Under the pieces are notes generated by a model. The model worked only from the letters and a program-made list of their open reading frames with translations. It was not told the origin of the DNA and made no database searches. DNA of 64,000 nt from Bacteroidales bacterium (lineage in GTDB: Bacteria; Bacteroidota; Bacteroidia; Bacteroidales; VadinHA17), in the NCBI GenBank assembly GCA_003157015.1, contig PMIJ01000092.1:6731-70730 (forward strand), written 5' to 3'. Numbering within the stretch: the first letter of the stretch is position 1; each line of letters opens with the position of its first letter. Of this stretch, positions 30,072 through 39,241 are shown piece by piece. Both the position numbers and the translations under genes were made by a program.

Positions 30072-30151
30072 TCCGTGCATCGGGCTCTGCCATTGATTAG
30101 GATTTTTATCTATCAATAAACTGATTTTGAAAAAAAAAGGGGAGAATTGGT

Positions 30152-30181
30152 AAAAAGGACTATTATAAATAGCCCTTTTTT
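30152..30181 (+). terminator. A-tract / stem / T-tract hairpin after the E2 gene
   Basis: AAAAAGGACTAT-TATAA-ATAGCCCTTTTT has one mismatch and is followed by further T residues. Confidence 0.4.
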
Positions 30182-30318
30182 CTAATATTTATCCTATATT
30201 AGTAGCCTTGAGTAGAGAAATAACAGATTGATTTCCTCCATTCTAAAAATAGAAACTTAGGATTATATTTTTCACAAATGTTTTATGTGTCCGTATTCCA
30301 TTTTGACTTAATTGTATT

Positions 30319-33171
30319 ATGATGAAAAGGTTAGTTCTCTTAACGTGGCTTCTTGCTGCATTTATCAATTCTGATTTATTTTCTCAGTCCAAAGGAGATC
30401 TGAGAGATAATTTTTATGATGCCGAAAGCTGGATTTTGTTTGAAGCTTACCAGGATGCATTGCCTTTATATCTGCAATTATTGAGAAATTACCCGGATAA
30501 TGCAAATTTCCAATACCGTGTCGGCCAATGCTACATAAACATTCCGGGAGAAAAAGTTAAAGCTGTCAGTTACCTTGAATCCGCAGTTAAAAATATTGAT
30601 CCGAAATACAAAGAGGGAAAATTCAATGAAACGGGAGCTCCTTATGATGCTCTCTACTATCTTGCCAATGCTTACCGGATAAATAATCAGATAGATAAGG
30701 CTCTCAGAGCTTATGAGCTTTTCAAAAAAAACCTCAACCCTGAAGTTTATGATTCAACAATTGTAAATCTTCAGATCCAATCGTGCCATAACGCTAAGGA
30801 ACTTATGAAAATGCCTCTCTTTATCAAGGAGAAAAACCTCGGTAGCGTCATCAATAGCAGCAACAATGATTTTAACCCCGTAGTGTCTGATAAAGAGGAT
30901 CTTCTCGTCTTTTCAAGAAGTCAGGCATTTTATGATGCAGTTATGTATTCAACAAAGATAAACGGAGCATGGACCGAACCAAAAAATATGAATGAATTGC
31001 TGAAAGTTGACCGCGATCTTTTTCCAACATCCATATCTAAAGACGGGAAGGATCTTTACCTGTACAGCTCAGCAGATTATGACGGAATTATTTATACTTC
31101 AAGATTTGAGAACGGAACTTGGTCACCTCTTGTAAAACTAAATGATAACATCAATACTAAATATTGGGAATCACATGCAACGATCTCACACGACAATAAA
31201 AAACTCTATTTCACCAGTAACAGAAAAGGAACATATGGTGGTCTAGATATATATGTATCGAACCGTGACAGCACGAGCGACTGGGGGCCAGCAGTAAACA
31301 TGGGTCCTGTCATAAATACTCCATATAATGAAGAAACTCCTTTTCTTAGTGATGATGACAAAACCCTGTTTTTCAGCTCAAGAGGTCATTTCAACATGGG
31401 AGGTTATGACATTTTCTATTCTACCCTCCTTGATAACGGGGAATGGTCCGTTCCTCTCAATGTAGGTTACCCACTGAACACGACCGACGATGATATCTTC
31501 TTTAAGCCTCTGAATCAAGGTTATGAAGGATATATGGCAAAAGAATTGCCTGGGGGGTACGGCAAGCAGGACATTTACAGGATCGAGATTTTCTCCAATG
31601 ACCATCCCAGAAAATTCTTTGTGAGAGGTATGGTAAAAGTGGCTGACCTTATAAGCAGTATGACTGACAGCGTGAAGGTAAGCGCTATGAACATTAAAAA
31701 TCCGAATCAGACAATAATTGTCTATTCGAATCCTAAAACAGGAGAATATGAATTTCAGCTTCCTCAGGGAGATTATGAGATTACTTACGAAGGTGATGGA
31801 GGTGAGAAAGTTGTCAGAAAAATTGATTTGCCTCTTACAAACCCATCCGACAGTTTTGTACTTCCGGGAACTATACTGCCAAAAACAGATTTTGTTGCAG
31901 ATTTAAAAGTTGAAACAAATAAAACAATTTCAGTTACAAAGGGCGACTCGATCCTTTTTCCGATGAAAGTTGAACCTAAATCTTTCCTGACAATTGAACA
32001 CTGGGTAGGCGATTCCCTTGTATCAGTTGAACACTACACAATGCTCGATTCAACTTTTAACTATAAAATGGCGCCAAGCCGTGGGAAAAACAGAGTTGTC
32101 TTTAAACTGACGGACAGGTTTAATAATACTACCACAACTGAGGTTCTAATCACAAGGGACAAAACAATAACAACTCAGCCTGTAATAAGTCCTGAATATA
32201 GCAGAGTCATATCACAAAATCAGATAAGCTCGCTTGCCGCCATGTTGAAGAACAGGGCCAGGGATAGTCTTTTAAAGGTTGTTACAAATGCAAATATCGA
32301 AAATAAAGAATTCGGAAAAGTCGACGAATATATCTCATATCTGAAGGAAGAGGCCGGTAAAAACAACCTCAACCCTGAAGAGGTGGATATGCTGGCTCTA
32401 AAGGTAGCCGTTATGGATAATATCCTTACTCAGGCCGCTGTTGATTTATTGGCAAAACATACCGATGGCGATCTGAAAAAGCTTCTCTCAGATATTGATA
32501 TCTATAAGCTCAATCTCAAGACCTGGACCGATTTACAGGAGTACATTAATGCAAAAACAAGTGGTAGAATAAGCCCTGAGTACCTGAATAGAATTGCTGC
32601 AGCAATCTTGGGTGAAACAGATCCTGCTATTGCAGATTTAAGAAATAAAATCCTTACATTCAGTGAAAAATCTATTTACGGAGACCTCATTCGGCAGACG
32701 GTTACAGCTGTCGATAACAGCAACATAAAAGTTAAGGAAAAATGGTTGCAGGCATTTTACGAGGAAGGTATTAAACATGGGCTTACCAGGAGTCAGATAT
32801 CAGAATTACTTGTGATGATTAGCTCGGTGCCAGGTATCAAAGTTGAACAATACCTCAACGATCTTGTCGAACATTCAGAAGAACCCTTGGCATCAGCTCT
32901 GAAATCAATTGATTTGAGAAAAGAAGGAATTAAAACACCTGAGGATCTTATATTATATCTTTTCACACATAAAGAAAAATATCCTGAAGAAGCTGTATCA
33001 AAAAGTATCGCAAATCTTATAGCTGCGAAAGATATTTCTGCAGATAAAATTAAAGCACAAACTACGCCTGCAAGGAACAGCAATCTTTGGATTTTATGGA
33101 TCGTGCTTGGAGCTGGTATTCTGAGTTTATTCATAATCTTTTGGCGACGAAACAGGAATCAGAAAAAATAG
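30319..33171 (+). CDS. PorE-family-like envelope protein A: signal peptide, TPR, TolB/PD40-type propeller, CRD-like sandwich, about 300 aa helical region, C-terminal TM helix
   Basis: It shares motifs with the next three genes (CYINIPGEK, INTKYWESH, LYFTSNRKGTYGGLDIYVS, SSRGHFNMGGYDIF). The extreme C-terminus NLWILWIVLGAGILSLFIIFWRRNRNQKK is a TM helix plus a basic tail. Confidence 0.55.
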   Translation: MMKRLVLLTWLLAAFINSDLFSQSKGDLRDNFYDAESWILFEAYQDALPLYLQLLRNYPDNANFQYRVGQCYINIPGEKVKAVSYLESAVKNIDPKYKEGKFNETGAPYDALYYLANAYRINNQIDKALRAYELFKKNLNPEVYDSTIVNLQIQSCHNAKELMKMPLFIKEKNLGSVINSSNNDFNPVVSDKEDLLVFSRSQAFYDAVMYSTKINGAWTEPKNMNELLKVDRDLFPTSISKDGKDLYLYSSADYDGIIYTSRFENGTWSPLVKLNDNINTKYWESHATISHDNKKLYFTSNRKGTYGGLDIYVSNRDSTSDWGPAVNMGPVINTPYNEETPFLSDDDKTLFFSSRGHFNMGGYDIFYSTLLDNGEWSVPLNVGYPLNTTDDDIFFKPLNQGYEGYMAKELPGGYGKQDIYRIEIFSNDHPRKFFVRGMVKVADLISSMTDSVKVSAMNIKNPNQTIIVYSNPKTGEYEFQLPQGDYEITYEGDGGEKVVRKIDLPLTNPSDSFVLPGTILPKTDFVADLKVETNKTISVTKGDSILFPMKVEPKSFLTIEHWVGDSLVSVEHYTMLDSTFNYKMAPSRGKNRVVFKLTDRFNNTTTTEVLITRDKTITTQPVISPEYSRVISQNQISSLAAMLKNRARDSLLKVVTNANIENKEFGKVDEYISYLKEEAGKNNLNPEEVDMLALKVAVMDNILTQAAVDLLAKHTDGDLKKLLSDIDIYKLNLKTWTDLQEYINAKTSGRISPEYLNRIAAAILGETDPAIADLRNKILTFSEKSIYGDLIRQTVTAVDNSNIKVKEKWLQAFYEEGIKHGLTRSQISELLVMISSVPGIKVEQYLNDLVEHSEEPLASALKSIDLRKEGIKTPEDLILYLFTHKEKYPEEAVSKSIANLIAAKDISADKIKAQTTPARNSNLWILWIVLGAGILSLFIIFWRRNRNQKK

Positions 33172-33179
33172 GAACGCGA

Positions 33180-33207
33180 AATATGACCGGTAAAAGCCGG
33201 TCATATT
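33180..33207 (+). terminator. Perfect 11-bp hairpin between PorE-like genes A and B (terminator/attenuator candidate)
   Basis: AATATGACCGG-TAAAAG-CCGGTCATATT starts 9 nt after the stop of gene A. Confidence 0.45.
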
Positions 33208-33251
33208 CATAAAATAATATATCATTAACAGTTCTTTTGCTATTTTTTTAA

Positions 33252-33259
33252 TAAATTTG
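33252..33259 (+). promoter_or_regulatory. Bacteroidetes-type -7 box upstream of PorE-like gene B
   Basis: TAAATTTG lies 19 nt upstream of ATG 33279, downstream of the 33180-33207 hairpin. Confidence 0.3.
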
Positions 33260-33278
33260 TTTACCAAAATCTTTGTCT

Positions 33279-34553
33279 ATGAGCAAAAGAGCAGTGTGTC
33301 TGTTATTTATATTACTTTTAATCGCCCCTGTTTATGCACAAGAGAACAAAGACCTTGAGGATTCATTCCTTGAAGCTGAATATTTCCTGATGAATGAATC
33401 TTATTCTGATGCTCTTACATATTATCTTCAACTTTATGAGAAACTGCCTGATAACGCAAATCTGGCCTATTGCGTCGGTGTTTGTTACCTCAATATTCCG
33501 GGGAAGAAAAATCTTTCAATTCAGTATCTTGAAAATGCAATAAAAAATATGTCTGCCAAACATAAGGAGGGAACTCTGACTCAGGTGGCAGCTTCATATG
33601 ATGCACTGTTTGAGCTTGGAAGAGCGTACCGCATAAATTACAGGTTTGACAAGGCTAAAGAGACATTCACTAAATATCTTGCCACCCTGCTTCCTGATGA
33701 TCATGAGAACATCGATTTTGTTCGAAACGAAATAAAGGCATGCGAGATGGCGAAAGACCTTATCGCGACGCCTGTGGCCTATGCTGAAGAAAATATGGGT
33801 GAACTCTTCAATGATGAAAAGTCAAACTTTAATCCTCTGATCTCGGCCGATGGAAAATCTTTTGCATATATGGTCTCTCTTAAATTCTATGATGCCGTAA
33901 TGTTTTCTCGACTGGTCAATGGAAGATGGAGCGCACCTGTCAATATTACTCCTGAACTTCAGTCTGATGGAGATTTTTATATTTCCTGTTTATCTGCAGA
34001 TGGTAAGCTGTTGTTTCTTTCTAAAGATGATCATGTTAACAGTGATATCTATGTGAGCTCATATGATGGAAAAACCTGGAGCAAGACTGTTAAACTTAAT
34101 AAAAACATTAACACAAAAGATTGGGAATCACATGGCTTTATATCTGAAGACGGGAATCAGCTTGTTTTTGCATCTGACAGACCCGGAGGTTTTGGAGGAC
34201 TCGATCTGTATATCTCACGTAAGGTAAACGGAGATTGGGGCCCCGCTGTGAACCTTGGACCGGAAATTAATACACAGTTCAATGAGGACAGGCCATATCT
34301 GATTAACAATGGAAAAACTCTCTTTTTCAGTTCTCAGGGACATGAAAATATGGGAGGATATGATATTTTTAGATCCGATCTGCAATCAAATGGCCTGTGG
34401 AGTATTCCTAAAAACCTTGGCTATCCGATTAACACTCCTGATGATGACATTTTCTTTATGCCAGTCGCAGATGGGAAATCAGGCTATTATTCTAAATTTA
34501 AAGAGACCGGAGGATTCGGGAAGGAAGATATTTATAAAGTCACATTCAAATAA
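33279..34553 (+). CDS. PorE-family-like envelope protein B: signal peptide, TPR and PD40 propeller only
   Basis: It is a paralogue of A, C and D (CYLNIPGKK, INTKDWESH, LVFASDRPGGFGGLDLYIS, SSQGHENMGGYDIF). The ATG at 33279 is preferred over the listed TTG at 33273. Confidence 0.55.
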   Translation: MSKRAVCLLFILLLIAPVYAQENKDLEDSFLEAEYFLMNESYSDALTYYLQLYEKLPDNANLAYCVGVCYLNIPGKKNLSIQYLENAIKNMSAKHKEGTLTQVAASYDALFELGRAYRINYRFDKAKETFTKYLATLLPDDHENIDFVRNEIKACEMAKDLIATPVAYAEENMGELFNDEKSNFNPLISADGKSFAYMVSLKFYDAVMFSRLVNGRWSAPVNITPELQSDGDFYISCLSADGKLLFLSKDDHVNSDIYVSSYDGKTWSKTVKLNKNINTKDWESHGFISEDGNQLVFASDRPGGFGGLDLYISRKVNGDWGPAVNLGPEINTQFNEDRPYLINNGKTLFFSSQGHENMGGYDIFRSDLQSNGLWSIPKNLGYPINTPDDDIFFMPVADGKSGYYSKFKETGGFGKEDIYKVTFK

Positions 34554-34605
34554 AATTACATTTTCACTAGTTTAAACGTCTAGAAAAATTACTATATTTG
34601 TTTTG

Positions 34606-36558
34606 ATGGTAAATCTTCGAATAAAGATCATAAGCATTATACTGCTATTACTGACGCTGGTCGTTCTTCCCACAGCCGTTTCAGCTCAGTCTCAAAGCGA
34701 GATGAAAAAGATATTTGCAAAGGCAGAGTCATACTATCTTTTTGAAGAATATGAACTTGCAAATCAGCTTTACCTGCTCCTTGATACTACCAACAATCTC
34801 AATATTAAATATAAAATCGGCAACTGCTATCTTAATATACCGGGCGAAAAGGAAAAATCGATTCCTTATCTTGAAGCTGCCGTTAAGACTTCCAGCTATG
34901 ATTCAAAAACTCTTACATTTAAAGAGTTAAGAGCTCCGCTCGATGCTTATTTTTCGCTTGCTAAAGCTTATCTTGTTAATAATCAACTTGAAAAAGCATT
35001 GAGCACTCTCGAAACCTTCAGCAAGCTTGCCAGGGAAACAAAAGCCAAAGGAGGCATGACAAACCTCGATTATATTGATCAGCAGATACAGGCTTGTAAA
35101 AATGCTATTCAGTACAAAGCCAATCCTGTGACCTTCAGTAAAAAAACAATGGGAAATGATTTTAATCAGGGTGCTATAAATGATAACCCGGCTGTAAGCT
35201 TTGACGGGAACACAATTGTATATACTGAACGCAGGGGTGTTGTGAACGCGATCTTCTATTCAAAAAAGGAAAGGGGAAAATGGCAGACACCCATAGAAAT
35301 AACCGCTCAGCTTAATGCAGGAGAAGATTGCTCTTCATCTTCCCTTAACAGCGATGGTACTGAACTTTTTTTATATAAAACTGATAATTACGACGGTAAT
35401 ATATATTCCTCAAATTTTCTAAACGGGGCATGGACTCCTATTAAAAAACTTAATAAGAATATAAATACCAAGTTTTATGAATCACACGCCTCTATTTCAG
35501 CAGACGGAAAAAAACTATATTTTACAAGCAACAGGGATGGAGGCCAGGGCAACCTCGATATTTATGTTTCTGAAAAAGACGCCAGCGGCGAATGGGGCCC
35601 TGCAGTAAACATGGGAGCAGCTATCAATACTCCATTTAATGAGGATACTCCATTTATAACACAAAATGACTCTGTGTTATACTTTAGCTCTGAAGGCCAC
35701 AGTTCAATGGGTGGATATGATATTTTCAAAAGTCAGAAAATAGGAAATGTATGGAAAACACCAACCAACGTTGGGTTTCCTATAAATACCACAGATGACG
35801 ATAAGTTTTTCCAGCCTGTAAATAACGGCAAGAATGCTTATTATTCGATGACAACTGATTATAAAAAGAAAGATATATTCTATCTGGGAATGGGGAGCAC
35901 TGATGTAAACCAGGTGTTTGAAATCAAAGGTAAGTTCAGTCTTAAAGATACTGTGGTAAACTTTGATGAGAATTATTCAGTTCATCTTATAAACAGGACT
36001 TCAGGAGATACCCTCGATGTAGGATTCCCGAATAAATATACAGGCTTGTACAGCTTTAATGTTTCTCCCGGACAATTTAAAATTTTTTATAAGGGTTATG
36101 GTTATATAACACAAAAGATTGATACTACAATTTTACAGGATAATCCGAATCTGGCATTAAATATTGACGTTTCTCTTGAGAGAGATACTTCTATAAAGAA
36201 AATCAGCCTGCCACTCACAGTTTATGAAAAGATTAACCTCGCGCTGATACCTACGGTTTCTTCGGTTGATACCAGCACTTTGATCAGAAACCTGAATGTT
36301 AGTGACGTCGGCGATATTAATATTAAAGACTCTGATATCTTATACTATACTGTTCAGGTTATGGCGCTCCATAATCCTGTTGATGTAACATATTTTAAAT
36401 ACATTACTGATATGAAAGTATTGTATAATGATCTGGATAAGTTCTACCGTTATACAACCGGTAGATTCTCAACAAGAGAAGATGCATATTCTTCAAGGCT
36501 GGAGTTGATAAGGAAAGGATATCCTGAAGAAATCTTTATTAAGAAAGTATCAAAATAA
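34606..36558 (+). CDS. PorE-family-like envelope protein C: signal peptide, TPR, PD40 propeller, CRD-like domain, C-terminal SPOR domain
   Basis: It is a paralogue (CYLNIPGEK, INTKFYESH, LYFTSNRDGGQGNLDIYVS, SSEGHSSMGGYDIF). The C-terminal YYTVQVMALHNP...YRYTTGRFSTREDAYSSRLELIRKGYPEEIFI is SPOR-like. The ATG at 34606 is preferred over the TTG at 34603. Confidence 0.55.
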   Translation: MVNLRIKIISIILLLLTLVVLPTAVSAQSQSEMKKIFAKAESYYLFEEYELANQLYLLLDTTNNLNIKYKIGNCYLNIPGEKEKSIPYLEAAVKTSSYDSKTLTFKELRAPLDAYFSLAKAYLVNNQLEKALSTLETFSKLARETKAKGGMTNLDYIDQQIQACKNAIQYKANPVTFSKKTMGNDFNQGAINDNPAVSFDGNTIVYTERRGVVNAIFYSKKERGKWQTPIEITAQLNAGEDCSSSSLNSDGTELFLYKTDNYDGNIYSSNFLNGAWTPIKKLNKNINTKFYESHASISADGKKLYFTSNRDGGQGNLDIYVSEKDASGEWGPAVNMGAAINTPFNEDTPFITQNDSVLYFSSEGHSSMGGYDIFKSQKIGNVWKTPTNVGFPINTTDDDKFFQPVNNGKNAYYSMTTDYKKKDIFYLGMGSTDVNQVFEIKGKFSLKDTVVNFDENYSVHLINRTSGDTLDVGFPNKYTGLYSFNVSPGQFKIFYKGYGYITQKIDTTILQDNPNLALNIDVSLERDTSIKKISLPLTVYEKINLALIPTVSSVDTSTLIRNLNVSDVGDINIKDSDILYYTVQVMALHNPVDVTYFKYITDMKVLYNDLDKFYRYTTGRFSTREDAYSSRLELIRKGYPEEIFIKKVSK

Positions 36559-39221
36559 TGAGAACTGCATTCAGGAAGACAGTCATACTTTCTCTTCTAC
36601 TTTTTTACTTCCTGCCCCTCTTTTCGCAAGTACTCTCTAAAAAGGGATTAATCAAAGCCGTTCACGACGCTGATATTTATTATTACTATGATCAGAACTT
36701 TGAAAAGGCATTTCTTCTCTATGAATCTTTGCTTAAAATTTATCCCGATAATTCCAACTTTTGTGCAAAATTGGGAATATGCTGTTTAAACCTTGACGGG
36801 AAAAAACCCGAAGCCCTGAGGCTCCTGTCAATAGCATCACAAAATGTTGTAAAAAATGACAAGGAGTATCTTGAATACGGGGAAAAAGCACCTTTGGATA
36901 CCTATCTTTACCTTGCTGAAGCCTTTCATCAGAATGACAGCCTCCAAAAAGCCATAGTCCTGTATACAGATGCAAAAAGAAGACTTTCACTGACTGAAAT
37001 ATTCCGAAATGAATATATTGACAATCAAATAAGAAACTGCAGGTACGCTATTGAGATACAAAAGAAGCCACTGACAATCCAAACCAGCCTCTTTGCAACA
37101 TGGCTTAGTGATTACCCCGGAGCCAGCAATCCGGTACTCTCTAGAAATGATTCTGTATTTATTTTTACTCAGATAATAAATGAGAAAACCCGGATAATGT
37201 GTTCTTATAAATCAGGTTCATGGAAAAAACCTGTGGATATTACCAAACAACTCGGAGGCTATGACAGGTATTATTCAAATTCAATCACCGGGGATGGTAA
37301 GTTGTTAATAATTTATATGGATGAAGGTGGTGACGGAAACCTGTTTTACAGTCAGCGAAAGGATAGTACCTGGTCAAAAATACGGAGTCTTGGCAAAGAA
37401 ATCAACACAATCTACTGGGAAGCTCATGGTTTTATTACACCCGATGGAAAGACATTGTATTTTGCCAGTAACAGACCGGGAGGTTACGGGGAACTCGATA
37501 TATGGGTTTCCGAAAAAACTGATAATGGTTTCTGGAAGCATCCGGTGAATTGTGGTCCTGTCATTAATACACCCTATAACGATAACACGCCTTTTTTTGA
37601 TCCATCATCCAATACGCTTACATTTAGCTCTGTGGGCCATCTAGGTATGGGAGGATATGATGTATTCAGGTCAGTTAAGAGAAATGGCACCTGGACCGAG
37701 CCTATCGGTTTACCCTATTCCTTTAATACTACTCTGGATAATACATTTTTTATCCGAAGTAATTCAACTACAGGATATATTACCAGCCTTTTCAATGAAA
37801 AAGACAACTCCCGTAATATCTATTCAATCTCGGAGAAGGAAAATGCCGACAAAACTATTTCTGCAAACGGGTTGGTTTCTCTTCAGGATGGGATGCCTGT
37901 CGATCCGGTTCAAATGCGCATCCAGCTTTTTGATCAGAAAACCGGATCTCTTCTTAAGAATATATCGGTTAATGATTCAGCCTCATTCAGGTATGAGATG
38001 AAGCCTGGCAAATTTAAGATCCTGATAAGCAGAATCAGTAAAAAGAAAACCGATACAATTAACGTGAATGTAAATGTAAAGAAGGAACAAAAAGAAGAAA
38101 ATCAGACACAACAGCGATCGCTGTCTGATACGGCTTCATTTAAATTTGAAATAAAACCAGGGGACTATCAATTGTTCGTAAACCACATCGGATATAAAAC
38201 AGATACAATAAACCTCAGTATTCCTTCAACGAACTCAGGCAATTATATCGCTCTCAACTCCTCACTGGTACCAGATAAAGTATCCAGGGGAGAATTCCTT
38301 ACAATTAAAAATCTGTTGTTTGATTTTGACAGCTATAAGTTAACCAGTGAGTCAATATCAACATTGGAAATTCTAAAATCCATACTCATCCGTTACCCGC
38401 AGTTAAAAATCGAAGTTGCCGGATATACCGATTCAAAAGGCACCGATGAATATAACAGAAAACTCGCCTATAACAGGGTACAGGAAGTGATCAACTACCT
38501 TACCAGGTCAGGAATTGTGTCTTCCCGATTTACAACGAAAGCATTCGGGAAATCAGAATTCGAGGCTCTGAATACTAATCCCGACGGTTCTGATAATCCC
38601 GAAGGAAGAAGGTATAACAGGAGAGTGGCATTCGGGATCGTTGATCCTAAAACCGGCATTGTTATTCATCAGGAGACGTTTATCCCTGAATATCTCAGGC
38701 AGCCATTCTCGATGAAATACAGCATAGTTCTGATAAAGACCTCTCATGCTCTTGCTCCCGACTATTTCAGGGCTCTGAAGATGAATGAAATGTATTTTAT
38801 CAGACCGGTAAAGAAAGACTCTGTTTCATTTTATATCCTTAGTCTGTTTTACAACAGGAATGACGCATTACAGTATCTTGTTTATGCTAAAGAGAATGGG
38901 TTTAAGGATGCCTACGTGGTAAACCAATATGAAATTAATGCTTCAGCGGATTCGTTGTACAAAAACGAACCAATTAGCGGAGAGAATGCAGCTGAAAAGA
39001 TCTACACAATCCAGCTTAAAGCTTCAAAAGTACAACTAAGTATGAATCAATTCAAAGGGGTTGAAGGAGTAAGTGAAATATACTCTAATGACGGTTATTA
39101 CCGTTACGTACACGGAAACTTCAGCTCATTTTCAAAAGCTAAAGCCGAACTCATTCGAATGCAGGATTCAGGATTCACAAATGCATTTATAAGAGACCTT
39201 AATTCGATTACTGATAAATAG
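36558..39221 (+). CDS. PorE-like protein D: signal peptide, TPR, PD40 propeller, two CRD-like domains, OmpA_C peptidoglycan-binding domain, two SPOR-like domains
   Basis: The OmpA_C core is LLFDFDSYKL...IEVAGYTDSKGTDEYNRKLAYNRV...NRRVAFGIV (about 38290-38650). SPOR-like segments are YSIVLIKTSH... and YTIQLKASKV...YRYVHGNFSSFSKAKAEL. It shares a TAATG start/stop overlap with gene C. There is no lipobox Cys. Confidence 0.6.
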   Translation: MRTAFRKTVILSLLLFYFLPLFSQVLSKKGLIKAVHDADIYYYYDQNFEKAFLLYESLLKIYPDNSNFCAKLGICCLNLDGKKPEALRLLSIASQNVVKNDKEYLEYGEKAPLDTYLYLAEAFHQNDSLQKAIVLYTDAKRRLSLTEIFRNEYIDNQIRNCRYAIEIQKKPLTIQTSLFATWLSDYPGASNPVLSRNDSVFIFTQIINEKTRIMCSYKSGSWKKPVDITKQLGGYDRYYSNSITGDGKLLIIYMDEGGDGNLFYSQRKDSTWSKIRSLGKEINTIYWEAHGFITPDGKTLYFASNRPGGYGELDIWVSEKTDNGFWKHPVNCGPVINTPYNDNTPFFDPSSNTLTFSSVGHLGMGGYDVFRSVKRNGTWTEPIGLPYSFNTTLDNTFFIRSNSTTGYITSLFNEKDNSRNIYSISEKENADKTISANGLVSLQDGMPVDPVQMRIQLFDQKTGSLLKNISVNDSASFRYEMKPGKFKILISRISKKKTDTINVNVNVKKEQKEENQTQQRSLSDTASFKFEIKPGDYQLFVNHIGYKTDTINLSIPSTNSGNYIALNSSLVPDKVSRGEFLTIKNLLFDFDSYKLTSESISTLEILKSILIRYPQLKIEVAGYTDSKGTDEYNRKLAYNRVQEVINYLTRSGIVSSRFTTKAFGKSEFEALNTNPDGSDNPEGRRYNRRVAFGIVDPKTGIVIHQETFIPEYLRQPFSMKYSIVLIKTSHALAPDYFRALKMNEMYFIRPVKKDSVSFYILSLFYNRNDALQYLVYAKENGFKDAYVVNQYEINASADSLYKNEPISGENAAEKIYTIQLKASKVQLSMNQFKGVEGVSEIYSNDGYYRYVHGNFSSFSKAKAELIRMQDSGFTNAFIRDLNSITDK

Positions 39222-39241
39222 TCAGTAAATACTCTCTTATT

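Noticed and set aside
34593-34600. TATATTTG box in front of PorE-like gene C
   Set aside because: It lies only 5 nt upstream of the ATG at 34606, so it would imply a leaderless mRNA. That is possible but too speculative to list as a promoter. It may be chance in AT-rich sequence.
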